Assembly: GCA_035437965.1 (NCBI GenBank) | Contig: DAOMZC010000002.1 | Span: 6,973 to 45,876 of the forward strand | DNA length: 38,904 nt | DNA from: Pseudomonadota bacterium | Lineage (GTDB): Bacteria; Myxococcota_A; Polyangia; Palsa-1104; JAEUJZ01 | Reading direction: 5' to 3' | Part shown: piece after piece, positions 8,790 through 17,782 of the stretch | How the letters are laid out: every line of letters begins with the position of its first letter | Position numbering within the stretch: the stretch's first letter is position 1 | Notes under the pieces: model-generated | Seen by the model: only the letters and a program-made list of their open reading frames with translations | Told to the model about the DNA's origin: nothing | Database searches by the model: none | Position numbers and translations under genes: made by a program

Positions 8790-11700
8790 TTAACGGAACG
8801 TGTAGCTCAGGCTCACGCCGGCGTTGAGCACGCCCGGCCCGAGCCAGCGGTTATTGGCGACGAAGCCTTTGACGCTCACTTCCTGGCGGCGCGGCAGGGC
8901 CAGGGTGACGCCGGCGCTCATCTCGAAGCCGACCAGGTTCACCGGCCACAGCCAGCCGACCCAGGCGTCGGCGAAGTAGCGCCAGCGGCCGGGGCCGATC
9001 GGGGCGACGCCCGGGAAGCGGTGCTCGACGCGGGTGCCCACGCCGGCCGCCGCGAACTCCAGCGGCAGCGTGTTGATGAGCTCCGAGGCCGAGGTCGAGC
9101 CGGCGCCGAACTCGGGGCTCTTGTCGGTGAGCAGGAAGTTGCGGGTGTAGCTGCCGCTGGCCCGCACCGTCCACAGCGGCCGCACGCGGCGGATGCGATA
9201 GCCGAGCTCGAGGTCGAGGTTGCCGCCGGCGCCGATCTCCTGATCGGTGCGCGTGTGGTAGTGGTAGAAGTTGCCCTGCACGTTTAAAAGTCCGTCGCCG
9301 GCGAAGCTCGTGCTGAGGCCCACGGTGGCGCGGTGGCGGGCGCCGTAGATGCGCAGCCAGCGCGAGTCGGTGGCGAGCTCGTTCAAGTGCAGGCCGAGCT
9401 GCAGCGTGCCGACGCGCCCGAGCCGGAAGGTCTCGTTGGCCCAGCCCGACCACAGGTTGGCGTCGGCGCGCAGGTTGGCCCCGACCCCGACCTCGAGCCG
9501 CCCGAGGCGGTGGCGGTACTGCCCGTAGACCCCCAGGTCGACCTCGGTGGCGCTTGCCTGCGGATCGTCGGCGCCGTTGAGGAACAGCTGGTTGACCCCG
9601 ACGCGGCCGCCGAGCGCCCAGATGCCGCGGGCGACCAGCGCCGACACCGAGGTGTTGAGGATCGCCAGGTCGTTGACCGTCTGCACGCCGGCCGACAGGC
9701 TGACGATCTGGGCGTTCTCGGGCACCTGATCCTCGCCCGCGGTGGCGTCCTGATCGAGGACGCGCAGCGGCGCCGGCGCCGGCTCGGCCTCTTCGTCGGG
9801 CGCGGTGCTGGCGTCGGCCAGGGTCGGCTGCTGCTGCAGCTGGCCGGGCTTGGGCGCCTTGGGGTAGCGGCCCCACGGATTGGTCCGGGTCACGGTGCTG
9901 CTGTCGGTCACCCAGCTGTTCGGCGCGGCATTTTCGCCGTCGCTGCGCCAGGTCGCCATGAGCCCCTTCTGCACCTCCGGCTCGAGGTCGGCGCGCATCA
10001 CGCCACCAAGCCACCGCGAGCCCTTGCCCGGCCCGTAGGCATCGCGCACGAGCTCGGCGTAGGCCTTGAGCTTCTCACGCTCGGCGGGCGAGGAGCCGCG
10101 GTGCGCCGCCTGCAGCGCCTCGGGACGCAGCTGCTCGATCGCGAAGCGGCGCAGGGTGCGCGCGTCGCTGCTGCGGCTGACCGCATCGAGCGTCGAGATA
10201 TAGCCGAGCAGCCACAGGTGATCGGTCGGCCGCTGCGTCCACTCGCGCTGGTAGAAGGAGATCGCCCGCTTGGTGCTGCCGAGCATCGCCCAGCCGGTGG
10301 CAAACGGCAGCCACAGCGCCGGCTCATTGCGCGCGATGGGTTCCCAATCGGTCAGAAAGCGCGCCAGCGCCGCCCGGTTGTGTTTGCCGCGCAGCCGCTC
10401 GCGATCGTCGCTGTGATCGATAAGCAGCCACAGCACGTCGGCGCGCGCCGCCACCGTGTGCGGATCGAGCGCCACCACCCGCAGGTAGGCGCGCTGCGCC
10501 CGGTCGTAGTCCTTCTGCTGCGAGTAGTAGTCGGCAAGCGTCAGGTAGTAGCGCTTGCTGTCCTTGAACAGCTCCGCATCGCGCTCGGCAATCTCGATGA
10601 GGTGCTCCATGTCGGGGAAGCGGCGCAGCTTGACCGCGATGTCCATCGCCGCCAGCAGGAACTCGGGGTCCTTGAAGCGCCGGTAGGCGTCCACCGCGAC
10701 CCCGATCGCCTCGTCGGCCTGGCCGCTCGACTCGGCAAGCTGGACGTAGCGCTCGACGCTCTCGCGCACCAGCGCGCCCTTGGCCCACAGGAACCGGTAC
10801 TCTTGCAGGCTCTCCGGGCGCGGCTCGCTCTGCCACACGAGCTCGGCGAGCAGCTTGAGGAACGACTTGCGGTCCTCTTCGAGCTTCTTGTCTTCCTTGG
10901 TCAGCTCCTTGCCGGCGCGCTTGGTCGCCTCGGTGGCCGGTCGCTGGCTGGGGGCGCCCAGCGGCGGCTCGGCCGTCGCCGACTGCATGGTCAGCTCGGC
11001 GCGCCCGAGCAGCCCCTGGGTGCTGGCGATGCCGGCGTGATCGAGGGCGTCGCGCAAAAGGACGTAGGCCTTGTCCGGCTGGTGCAGCTGCCACAAGAGC
11101 TGGGCGCGGTGGGTCACTTCCTTGATCGAGCTGCCGAAGTCGCGGCTGAGCTTCTCGTAGGTCGCAAGCGCGCCCTCCAGATCGCCGCGCCGCTCGTGCA
11201 CCTCGGCCAGCGCCTCGACGGCCTCGCGGTGATCCGGGTAGTGCCCGAGGTAGGCGGTGAGGACCTGGACGAGCTCCTCGGGGCGGGCGACGTTCTCGAA
11301 CGTCTCGACCAGGGTCGCCAGCTCGCTGTTGGTCAGCCGGCCGCGCCGCGACTTGGCCGCCAGGAGGTCGGCGAGGATCTCCATCTCGTACAGCTGCGGC
11401 GCCATCTTGAGGGCCTGCTCCAGGTGCTTGCGATCGCCGCCGTGCAGCGCCAGGTAGGTCAGCTGGGCGAGCGCGAGGTCGGGGCGGTTGTTCCACAGCG
11501 CCAGCTGCGCCAGCCGCTCGCGCTGCTTGCGGTCGCCGGGGCGGCGCGCGACCAGGCGCTGCGCCAGCTCGAGCGCGGCGAGCGGATCGCCGGACGCGAG
11601 CTCCACATCGAGCTGGCTGGCGAGCAGGGTTCCGTCGTTGGGCCGCTTGGCGAGCAGCGCCCGCCCCCAGTCTTTGGCCAGCTGCGGCTTCTGGTTGGCC

Positions 11701-12713
11701 AGCGCCAGCCGGGTGGCGGCGGCGAGCAGCTCGACATCGCCGGGGAACAGCTTCAGGTAGCGGCCGGCGGTGATCAGCGCCAGCTCGGGCTTGTCGGCGG
11801 CGCCCAGGGCCAGGAGCGCCAGCTTGGCGTAGCGCAGCCGCTCGGCCGGGTCCTGGACCACCCGCACCAGCGTGTCGTAGTAGTTGGCGGCGGCGGCGGG
11901 CTGGCCGTTGGCGAGCGCCAGCTTGGCCGCCGCCGCGAGCAGCTCGGGATCATCGGGGAACTGCTCGAGGTAGCGCTTGGCGAACGCCAGCGCCTTGTCA
12001 CCCAGGTTGGCGCTGGTGAGCGCCGCAAGGGCCAGCAGCGCGTAGCGCCGGCGCGCCTGGGGATCGGTCTCGCTCTGCGCCAGCTGATCATAAAGGACGC
12101 CCGCCGCGGCCGGCTGGCTGCTCGCGAGCTCCTGCTTGGCCGCTTCGGTGAGCCACTTGCTGCGCTGCTTGGGATCGGCCACCGCCAGGCGCAGGTAGAT
12201 GCGGCCGGCGAGCTCGGGCTGGCCGATGCTCAGGCTGCTCGCCGCCAGGCGCAGGAGCTCCTCGGTGCTCAGCGGCTTCCCGAGCTGCGCCTCGATTTCT
12301 TTGATGAGCTGCTGGACGCGCTCCGGTTCACTCACCGCGCGCTCCGGATTCTGCGCGTACTGCGCCATGTGCAGCTGCATCGCCAGGCGATCGATCGCCG
12401 CCTGCAGCTGCGGATCGGTGCGCGGCAGCGAGTCGAGCAGCATGGCCGCCTCCTCGAGCCGGCCCAGCGCAAACAGGGTCTGCGCCAGCCGCAGCTTCAG
12501 CCCGACATCGTTAGGCTGCACCGCGATCATCAGCCGCAGGTACTGCAGCGACAAGCTGTCGGGGCGCGCCAGGGTGTTTACGAGCGAGCTCGAGGTCGGC
12601 GCGATGAGCGCAAGCACAAGCAGCAGTCCCAGCGCCAGGAGGATCAAGTGAGACCGCTTGAGCAGGTGCTCACGCCGACTCGGCCGCTGGCTGAGATCTG
12701 AGGGATTCAACAT
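8790..12713 (-). CDS. pelB: PelB, TPR scaffold plus C-terminal beta-barrel porin, 1307 aa
   Basis: The N-terminal ~900 aa are Ala/Leu-rich TPR-like repeats (LRLAQTLFALGRLEEAAMLL, AANYYDTLVRV...). The C-terminal ~350 aa have an alternating beta-strand pattern ending ...GVSLSYTFR. Second gene of the operon. Confidence 0.85.
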   Translation of the reverse strand: MLNPSDLSQRPSRREHLLKRSHLILLALGLLLVLALIAPTSSSLVNTLARPDSLSLQYLRLMIAVQPNDVGLKLRLAQTLFALGRLEEAAMLLDSLPRTDPQLQAAIDRLAMQLHMAQYAQNPERAVSEPERVQQLIKEIEAQLGKPLSTEELLRLAASSLSIGQPELAGRIYLRLAVADPKQRSKWLTEAAKQELASSQPAAAGVLYDQLAQSETDPQARRRYALLALAALTSANLGDKALAFAKRYLEQFPDDPELLAAAAKLALANGQPAAAANYYDTLVRVVQDPAERLRYAKLALLALGAADKPELALITAGRYLKLFPGDVELLAAATRLALANQKPQLAKDWGRALLAKRPNDGTLLASQLDVELASGDPLAALELAQRLVARRPGDRKQRERLAQLALWNNRPDLALAQLTYLALHGGDRKHLEQALKMAPQLYEMEILADLLAAKSRRGRLTNSELATLVETFENVARPEELVQVLTAYLGHYPDHREAVEALAEVHERRGDLEGALATYEKLSRDFGSSIKEVTHRAQLLWQLHQPDKAYVLLRDALDHAGIASTQGLLGRAELTMQSATAEPPLGAPSQRPATEATKRAGKELTKEDKKLEEDRKSFLKLLAELVWQSEPRPESLQEYRFLWAKGALVRESVERYVQLAESSGQADEAIGVAVDAYRRFKDPEFLLAAMDIAVKLRRFPDMEHLIEIAERDAELFKDSKRYYLTLADYYSQQKDYDRAQRAYLRVVALDPHTVAARADVLWLLIDHSDDRERLRGKHNRAALARFLTDWEPIARNEPALWLPFATGWAMLGSTKRAISFYQREWTQRPTDHLWLLGYISTLDAVSRSSDARTLRRFAIEQLRPEALQAAHRGSSPAEREKLKAYAELVRDAYGPGKGSRWLGGVMRADLEPEVQKGLMATWRSDGENAAPNSWVTDSSTVTRTNPWGRYPKAPKPGQLQQQPTLADASTAPDEEAEPAPAPLRVLDQDATAGEDQVPENAQIVSLSAGVQTVNDLAILNTSVSALVARGIWALGGRVGVNQLFLNGADDPQASATEVDLGVYGQYRHRLGRLEVGVGANLRADANLWSGWANETFRLGRVGTLQLGLHLNELATDSRWLRIYGARHRATVGLSTSFAGDGLLNVQGNFYHYHTRTDQEIGAGGNLDLELGYRIRRVRPLWTVRASGSYTRNFLLTDKSPEFGAGSTSASELINTLPLEFAAAGVGTRVEHRFPGVAPIGPGRWRYFADAWVGWLWPVNLVGFEMSAGVTLALPRRQEVSVKGFVANNRWLGPGVLNAGVSLSYTFR

Positions 12714-12722
12714 CTTTTTCCC

Positions 12723-15335
12723 TTACCGTCCCGCGTCCTTCTGGGAGAGCCCAGCCGGGTTCATACACACCACTGCGCGACCACTCTGGTCGAGATCGAG
12801 GTAGCGCCCCTGCGCAAGGTCATGCTCGCCGACTACGCCCTGCGAGCGACCGCGATCCAGGGTGCCGCCCACACCGGACTTGCTGTCGAGCCGCAGCGTC
12901 GTGAGCTCGCCATCGCCGCGCAGCTGCAGGCAGCCGTCCTGGCGGCGGGCCAGGGTGAGGCGCTGGAAGTCCTGCACCTTGCGGATGTACTCACTTGCGT
13001 AAACCGGCGTCGCTCCCTGATCGAGCGCCCACTGATACGCCTGCTGCAGCACCTTGAGCGAGCCAATCTTGCTGCCCGAGTAGAAGTGATAATAGATGTT
13101 GATGGGCTTGAGGCGCCGCGGCTTGTCGGTGAGCTGGAAGGTGCTGATGACGTCGCGGAAGCCGTAGTACGGACCGCGCCACAGGTTCGTGTAGACGTTC
13201 TCGTTCTGCACCGGCGCGTACACCTGGTAGTAGGGACCGATCGGGCGGCCCATCGGCGACAGCTCGGTCAGGCTCGGCCGGCGCACCGACATGACGGAGT
13301 TGCCGCCGTTCATGTTGTAGATTCCCAGGCCGCTGGTCAGCGCCACCGCCTCAAGCGGAGCGACCGCCGCGCCGGGCCACAGGAAGACCTTGACCGGCTT
13401 GTCCTTGGGCGCGAGGCGCTGGTTTATGTACGCCACCGAGCCGTCGATCTCGCGCTTCAGCGAAAAGTCGTAGCGGAACATTCCGTTGATGTCGCCGTCT
13501 TCCTGATCGTGTCCGTAGCGCAGCAGATCGAACGGGTGGCTGTAGGAGTGCGACGCGACCTCGACGTAGGGCAGGGCGAAGATGTCGCGGGCGATCGGCT
13601 CCAGCGCCGGGGCGAGCTTGGGCCACTTGCCCTTGGCGCCGATCTCGCCTTCGATGATCGAGACTGTGGTCTTTATCTGGTAGCGCTTGAGGACCTTGTC
13701 GAGGATCACCTGACCGCAGTAGTGGTTGCCCGGCATCTGGGCGCGGCTCGGGAAGCCGTCGCCGTCGATGTGGACCATGAGGATGCGGCGGCCGTTGACG
13801 GTGGTGACGTCGGCCGCTGGCAGCTCCGGCAGCTGCAGCGCCTGTTTGAAGAAGGCAAAAGGGTTGATGATCCAGCGGTAGGAGTGGTCGTAGCCCTCCT
13901 CGGTGAGGTAGGGGTTCATGGCCATGCCGCCCCAGCTCGTGGTGAACACCGCGTCCATGCGCGTCCCGCCGCGATCCTCGACGCTGAGCAGGCGCCGCGC
14001 GCCGGCCCCCGAGACCTGCAGGGGGTAGAACACATTGCGCCGCGCGCTCACCTTGGCCTCGAAGCCGGTCAGCTCGGGGCTGGCCAGCACCAGCTGCGGC
14101 TCGCCCTTGGGGCGGCGGTCCAGGCGCGCGATGCCCAGCCGCTGCTGCAGCTGGGCGTCGGGCAGAAACCCCAGGTGATCGAGCACCGCCACCTTCATTC
14201 CCGAGTCGACCTGCGCCGCCAGCCACGCCCGATACGCCCCCGGATCCGGCATCAGGTCGTCGGTGAACCAGGTGACGATGCCGGCGTAGCGATCGCCGAG
14301 CGAGCCGCCCGGCAGGGTCCCGCGCACATCGACGTAGTCGATGGCGTAGCCCAGGTGCTCGAGCACCACCGCCGCCATCGTGTGGACCGGCGTGTAGGCG
14401 ACATCGGCGTACTGCCCGCGGTCGCGCTGCTCCGAGCTGTCGTATAAAGCAAGGATGCGGCGCGGCACCACCTCCACGGTGCCGACCCCGATCGTCAGCA
14501 GATCGTGGTCACTGATAAAAGGAGTCATGCCGAGTGCCGCGATGCGCCGCGCGGTCGAGCGGGCCAGCTCGCGCTGCGCCTTGGGTACGTAGTCCACCGC
14601 GGTGATCGGCAGGTGATAGCGGTCGCGCGCGGTGCGCAGCTTTTCGAGGAGCCAGGTCCGATCCGGCTCGCTCACCTCGCCGTAGGTCTTCTTGCTCGGG
14701 TCGTAGCTGCGGAACAGCGACTCCACCACCAGGCCGGTGGCCAGCTGGCCGACCGCCGGCAAGAGCTCGAAGCCGCGGTTGAACAGGAGCTTCACGCCGG
14801 GGAAGCGGTCGTGCACCTCCTTGATGATCTGGGCCAGCCCCTGCTCCTGCGCCGCGCGCTGCGCCGGGGTCTGCACCGCCCGCTGGTAGCTGTCGAGGTT
14901 GTCGAGGAAGAAGGCGCGGAAGCCGCGGTCCCACAGCGGCTGGAAGCCCTTGTCGATGAGCTGCCGCCGCCAGCCCGGCTTGGCGGCATCCATGATCACC
15001 GTCTGCCAGCTGGGGTTACTGCCCAGGCGCAGGCTGGCGTCGAGCTGCGCCGCTGCGTCGGGGCTGACCTCGCTGAGGCTGATATAGGCAAAGACGGTGG
15101 TGCCGCGGCGGGTGAGCAGCGCCACCTGGTCCTTTTCGGCCTGATCCGCTTGCACGACAACCTGGTCAAACTGCGAAAGCTCGGCGCCGGGTAGATTTGA
15201 ACCGTAATAAAAAGCGACACTCGGATTGGCCTGTGCGTTAACGCTCAGGTCGGCGGGCCCCGCGGAGCTAACTTGAGGGTGGGCGAATTCGCTCAGTGTA
15301 GATAGCAACAGGAGACCCAAAGTCAGGTGCCGCAC
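12723..15335 (-). CDS. pelA: PelA, periplasmic bifunctional glycoside hydrolase / CE4-like de-N-acetylase (870 aa from the GTG start; the ORF extends to an ATG at 15422)
   Basis: N-terminal TIM-barrel hydrolase-like region (FAYISLSEV, GFRAFFLDNLDSY). CE4-type metal motifs HIDGDG (13755-13772) and HSYSH (13536-13550). GTG at 15335 has AAGGAG 7 nt upstream and starts a signal-peptide-like RHLTLGLLLLSTLSEFAHP. The 29 codons upstream are AT-rich and atypical. Confidence 0.85.
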   Translation of the reverse strand: MRHLTLGLLLLSTLSEFAHPQVSSAGPADLSVNAQANPSVAFYYGSNLPGAELSQFDQVVVQADQAEKDQVALLTRRGTTVFAYISLSEVSPDAAAQLDASLRLGSNPSWQTVIMDAAKPGWRRQLIDKGFQPLWDRGFRAFFLDNLDSYQRAVQTPAQRAAQEQGLAQIIKEVHDRFPGVKLLFNRGFELLPAVGQLATGLVVESLFRSYDPSKKTYGEVSEPDRTWLLEKLRTARDRYHLPITAVDYVPKAQRELARSTARRIAALGMTPFISDHDLLTIGVGTVEVVPRRILALYDSSEQRDRGQYADVAYTPVHTMAAVVLEHLGYAIDYVDVRGTLPGGSLGDRYAGIVTWFTDDLMPDPGAYRAWLAAQVDSGMKVAVLDHLGFLPDAQLQQRLGIARLDRRPKGEPQLVLASPELTGFEAKVSARRNVFYPLQVSGAGARRLLSVEDRGGTRMDAVFTTSWGGMAMNPYLTEEGYDHSYRWIINPFAFFKQALQLPELPAADVTTVNGRRILMVHIDGDGFPSRAQMPGNHYCGQVILDKVLKRYQIKTTVSIIEGEIGAKGKWPKLAPALEPIARDIFALPYVEVASHSYSHPFDLLRYGHDQEDGDINGMFRYDFSLKREIDGSVAYINQRLAPKDKPVKVFLWPGAAVAPLEAVALTSGLGIYNMNGGNSVMSVRRPSLTELSPMGRPIGPYYQVYAPVQNENVYTNLWRGPYYGFRDVISTFQLTDKPRRLKPINIYYHFYSGSKIGSLKVLQQAYQWALDQGATPVYASEYIRKVQDFQRLTLARRQDGCLQLRGDGELTTLRLDSKSGVGGTLDRGRSQGVVGEHDLAQGRYLDLDQSGRAVVCMNPAGLSQKDAGR

Positions 15336-15751
15336 AATCGAACTCCTTGAGGATATAGTTGAATGAAATTTCCCGTCCGCCAGCTTTTTTAGTATAAAAT
15401 GTAGGGAATTTAATACCATCAATGATATCGCCTAGTTAGCCAATTCAGGCGGCTGACTGGGAAAATCTTTGATCCCAATGGCGCATGGGGAATTGCGCGC
15501 CACACTAAAGTCTGTTGCGAGCAAGAGGGATCGGAAGAATTCCCGATCGCCGCTGAAGCCCGTCGGAGTGGTTCTAGCCTGTCGTCCGCTTGGCGGGCGA
15601 TTTGCGATTAAGCAATAAGGCAAGCCAGCAGCGCCCGAAAGAGTTTAATTGGTTATTCGGTTAAGCTGATATTCAAATAGAACGTCTCGGGCAGTCGCAA
15701 AGAGTGAATTTACAAAATCCAGTTCTCGTTGACTCGTAAGGGGAGGGGTAA
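15336..15751. promoter_or_regulatory. Divergent pelA / glmS control region (416 bp, visibly lower GC)
   Basis: Non-coding gap between divergently oriented pelA and glmS. It is AT-richer than the flanks and contains the hairpin gatcgg-aagaattc-ccgatc. No confident -35/-10 or -24/-12 element could be assigned. Confidence 0.5.
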
Positions 15752-17740
15752 ATGTGCGGAATTATTGGGTATCTTGGTCATCAGCAGGCGCTGCCGATTC
15801 TGCTTGAGGGCCTGAAGCGGCTTGAGTATCGCGGCTATGACTCGGCCGGTCTGGCGATGGTAAACGACAATGGCTTACAGGTACGCAAGGCGGCCGGGCG
15901 TATCTCTATTCTTGAAGGCAAGGTAAGCGGCGAGCGCGACACCCTGCTCGCCGGCAGCCTCGGCATCGCCCACACCCGCTGGGCGACCCACGGCGAGCCG
16001 AGCGAGATCAACGCCCACCCGCACGTCGACGACGCCATGCGCGTGGCGGTGGTGCACAACGGCATCGTCGAGAACCACGCCGTGCTGCGCCAGTTCCTGC
16101 AGAGCACCGGCGTCGTGTTCACCAGCCAGACCGATACCGAGGTGCTGGCCCACCTCATCGCCTACCACCTGCGCGGCGACAAGAGCGGCGTGCGCCCGGG
16201 CAACGGCCACAACGGCCACAACGGCCACCCGCCGGTCGGGCACGCCGCGCCGGTCCTGCTCGGCGCCGGCTCCGGTTCGACGCCGGCGCCGAGCGAGGGC
16301 GCCGCGGCGGCGGGCAGCAACCACAAGCTGGGACTCCTGGAGGCGGTGCTGGCCGCCCTGGCCGAGGTCGTGGGCACCTTCGGAATCGCCGTCATCTCGC
16401 GCGATCACCCGGGGTGCATCATCGCGGCGCGCCGCGGCAGCCCGCTGCTCATCGGCATCGGCAAGAACGAGTATGTAGTGGCCTCCGACGCGGCGGCGAT
16501 CGTCGCCCACACCTCCAACGTCGTGTACCTGGAGGACAACGAGGCGGTCGAGGTGACCCTCGGCGGCCTGCGCACCGTCACCCTGGATGCCGTCCCGGTG
16601 ACCAAGACCGTCGAGCACATCGCGGTGGCGCTGGATGAGCTGTCGCTGGCCGACTACCCGCACCGCATGCTCAAGGAGATCTTCGAGCAGCCCGAGTCGC
16701 TCGCCCTGTGCCTGCGCGGGCGCCTGGATCGCATCGGCCACCGCGTGCTGCTCGGGGGGCTGGAGCGCGTCGAGCGCGAGCTGACCCGCACCCGCCGCTT
16801 CATCCTGACCGGCTGCGGCACCGCCTGGCACGCCGCGCTCGTCGGCGAGTACCTGATGGAGGACCTGGCGCGCATCCACACCGAGGTCGAGATCGCCAGC
16901 GAGCTGCGCTACCGCAACCCGCTCATCGACGAGCTGACCACCCTCATCGCGGTGTCGCAGTCCGGCGAGACCGCCGACACCCTGGCGGCGCTGCGCGAGG
17001 TGCGCGACAAGGGCGCCCTGGCCCTCGGCGTGGTGAACGTCGTCGGCTCGTCGATCGCTCGCAACACCGACGCCGGCATCTACCTGCACGTCGGTCCCGA
17101 GATCGGCGTCGCCAGCACCAAGGCGTTCACCGCCCAGGTCGCGGTGCTGGCGCTGCTCACCCTGTGGATGGGCCGCCGCCGCCACCTGTCGCAGGAGCGC
17201 TACGGCGAGCTCCTCGACAAGCTGGCGCAGATCCCGGCGCACATAAAAGAAGTGCTGGGCCAGTCCGAGCACATAAAGGAAGCGGCCAAGAAGCTCTACC
17301 AGCACGAGAACTGGCTGTACCTGGGCCGCGGCTATCACTTCCCGGTCGCGCTGGAGGGCGCGCTCAAGCTAAAGGAAATCAGCTACATCCACGCCGAGGG
17401 TCTGTCGGCGGCCGAGATGAAGCACGGCCACATCGCGCTCATCGTCCCCGGCATGCCGGTGGTCGCGCTGGCTCCGCAGGGCAGCCAGTACGACAAGATG
17501 ATGAGCAACATCGAAGAGGTCAAGGCGCGCGGCGCCCGGGTGATCGCCGTCGGCACCGCCGGCGACACCCACCTGCGCAAGCTGGCCGATGAGATGTTCG
17601 AGATCCCGGCGCTGCCCGAGCCGCTGCAGCCGATGGTCGCGGTCGTGCCGCTGCAGCTATTGGCCTACCATACGGCGGTGCTGCGCGGCTGCAACGTCGA
17701 TAAGCCGCGTAACCTCGCCAAGAGCGTAACCGTGGAGTAA
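15752..17740 (+). CDS. glmS: Glutamine--fructose-6-phosphate aminotransferase GlmS (662 aa, with ~50-aa low-complexity insertion)
   Basis: MCGIIGY Ntn-Cys start, SIS-domain SQSGETADT, canonical C-terminus PRNLAKSVTVE. SD aaggggagggg upstream. Confidence 0.95.
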   Translation: MCGIIGYLGHQQALPILLEGLKRLEYRGYDSAGLAMVNDNGLQVRKAAGRISILEGKVSGERDTLLAGSLGIAHTRWATHGEPSEINAHPHVDDAMRVAVVHNGIVENHAVLRQFLQSTGVVFTSQTDTEVLAHLIAYHLRGDKSGVRPGNGHNGHNGHPPVGHAAPVLLGAGSGSTPAPSEGAAAAGSNHKLGLLEAVLAALAEVVGTFGIAVISRDHPGCIIAARRGSPLLIGIGKNEYVVASDAAAIVAHTSNVVYLEDNEAVEVTLGGLRTVTLDAVPVTKTVEHIAVALDELSLADYPHRMLKEIFEQPESLALCLRGRLDRIGHRVLLGGLERVERELTRTRRFILTGCGTAWHAALVGEYLMEDLARIHTEVEIASELRYRNPLIDELTTLIAVSQSGETADTLAALREVRDKGALALGVVNVVGSSIARNTDAGIYLHVGPEIGVASTKAFTAQVAVLALLTLWMGRRRHLSQERYGELLDKLAQIPAHIKEVLGQSEHIKEAAKKLYQHENWLYLGRGYHFPVALEGALKLKEISYIHAEGLSAAEMKHGHIALIVPGMPVVALAPQGSQYDKMMSNIEEVKARGARVIAVGTAGDTHLRKLADEMFEIPALPEPLQPMVAVVPLQLLAYHTAVLRGCNVDKPRNLAKSVTVE

Positions 17741-17782
17741 TCCGAGTAGTCGTAGGAAACTTGGGAAAGCGGAGGAGCCAAG

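Noticed and set aside
9333-12701. 1,122-aa ORF on the plus strand
   Set aside because: Antisense shadow of pelB. Extremely Arg/Gly/Ala/Leu/Gln-rich, with no SD and no domain signature.
15611-15626. Sigma-54-like element on the minus strand upstream of pelA (TGGCTT-N6-TTGC)
   Set aside because: The GG-to-GC spacing is one nucleotide too long, sigma-54 is intolerant of spacing changes, and it lies about 280 nt from the pelA start.
15432-15751. Possible glmS ribozyme/riboswitch in the glmS leader
   Set aside because: I could not find the conserved glmS ribozyme core segments as I recall them from Firmicutes, and only a small generic hairpin is present. A covariance-model scan (Rfam glmS) would be decisive.
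15875-17338. 487-aa minus-strand ORF
   Set aside because: Antisense to glmS, which is unambiguous.
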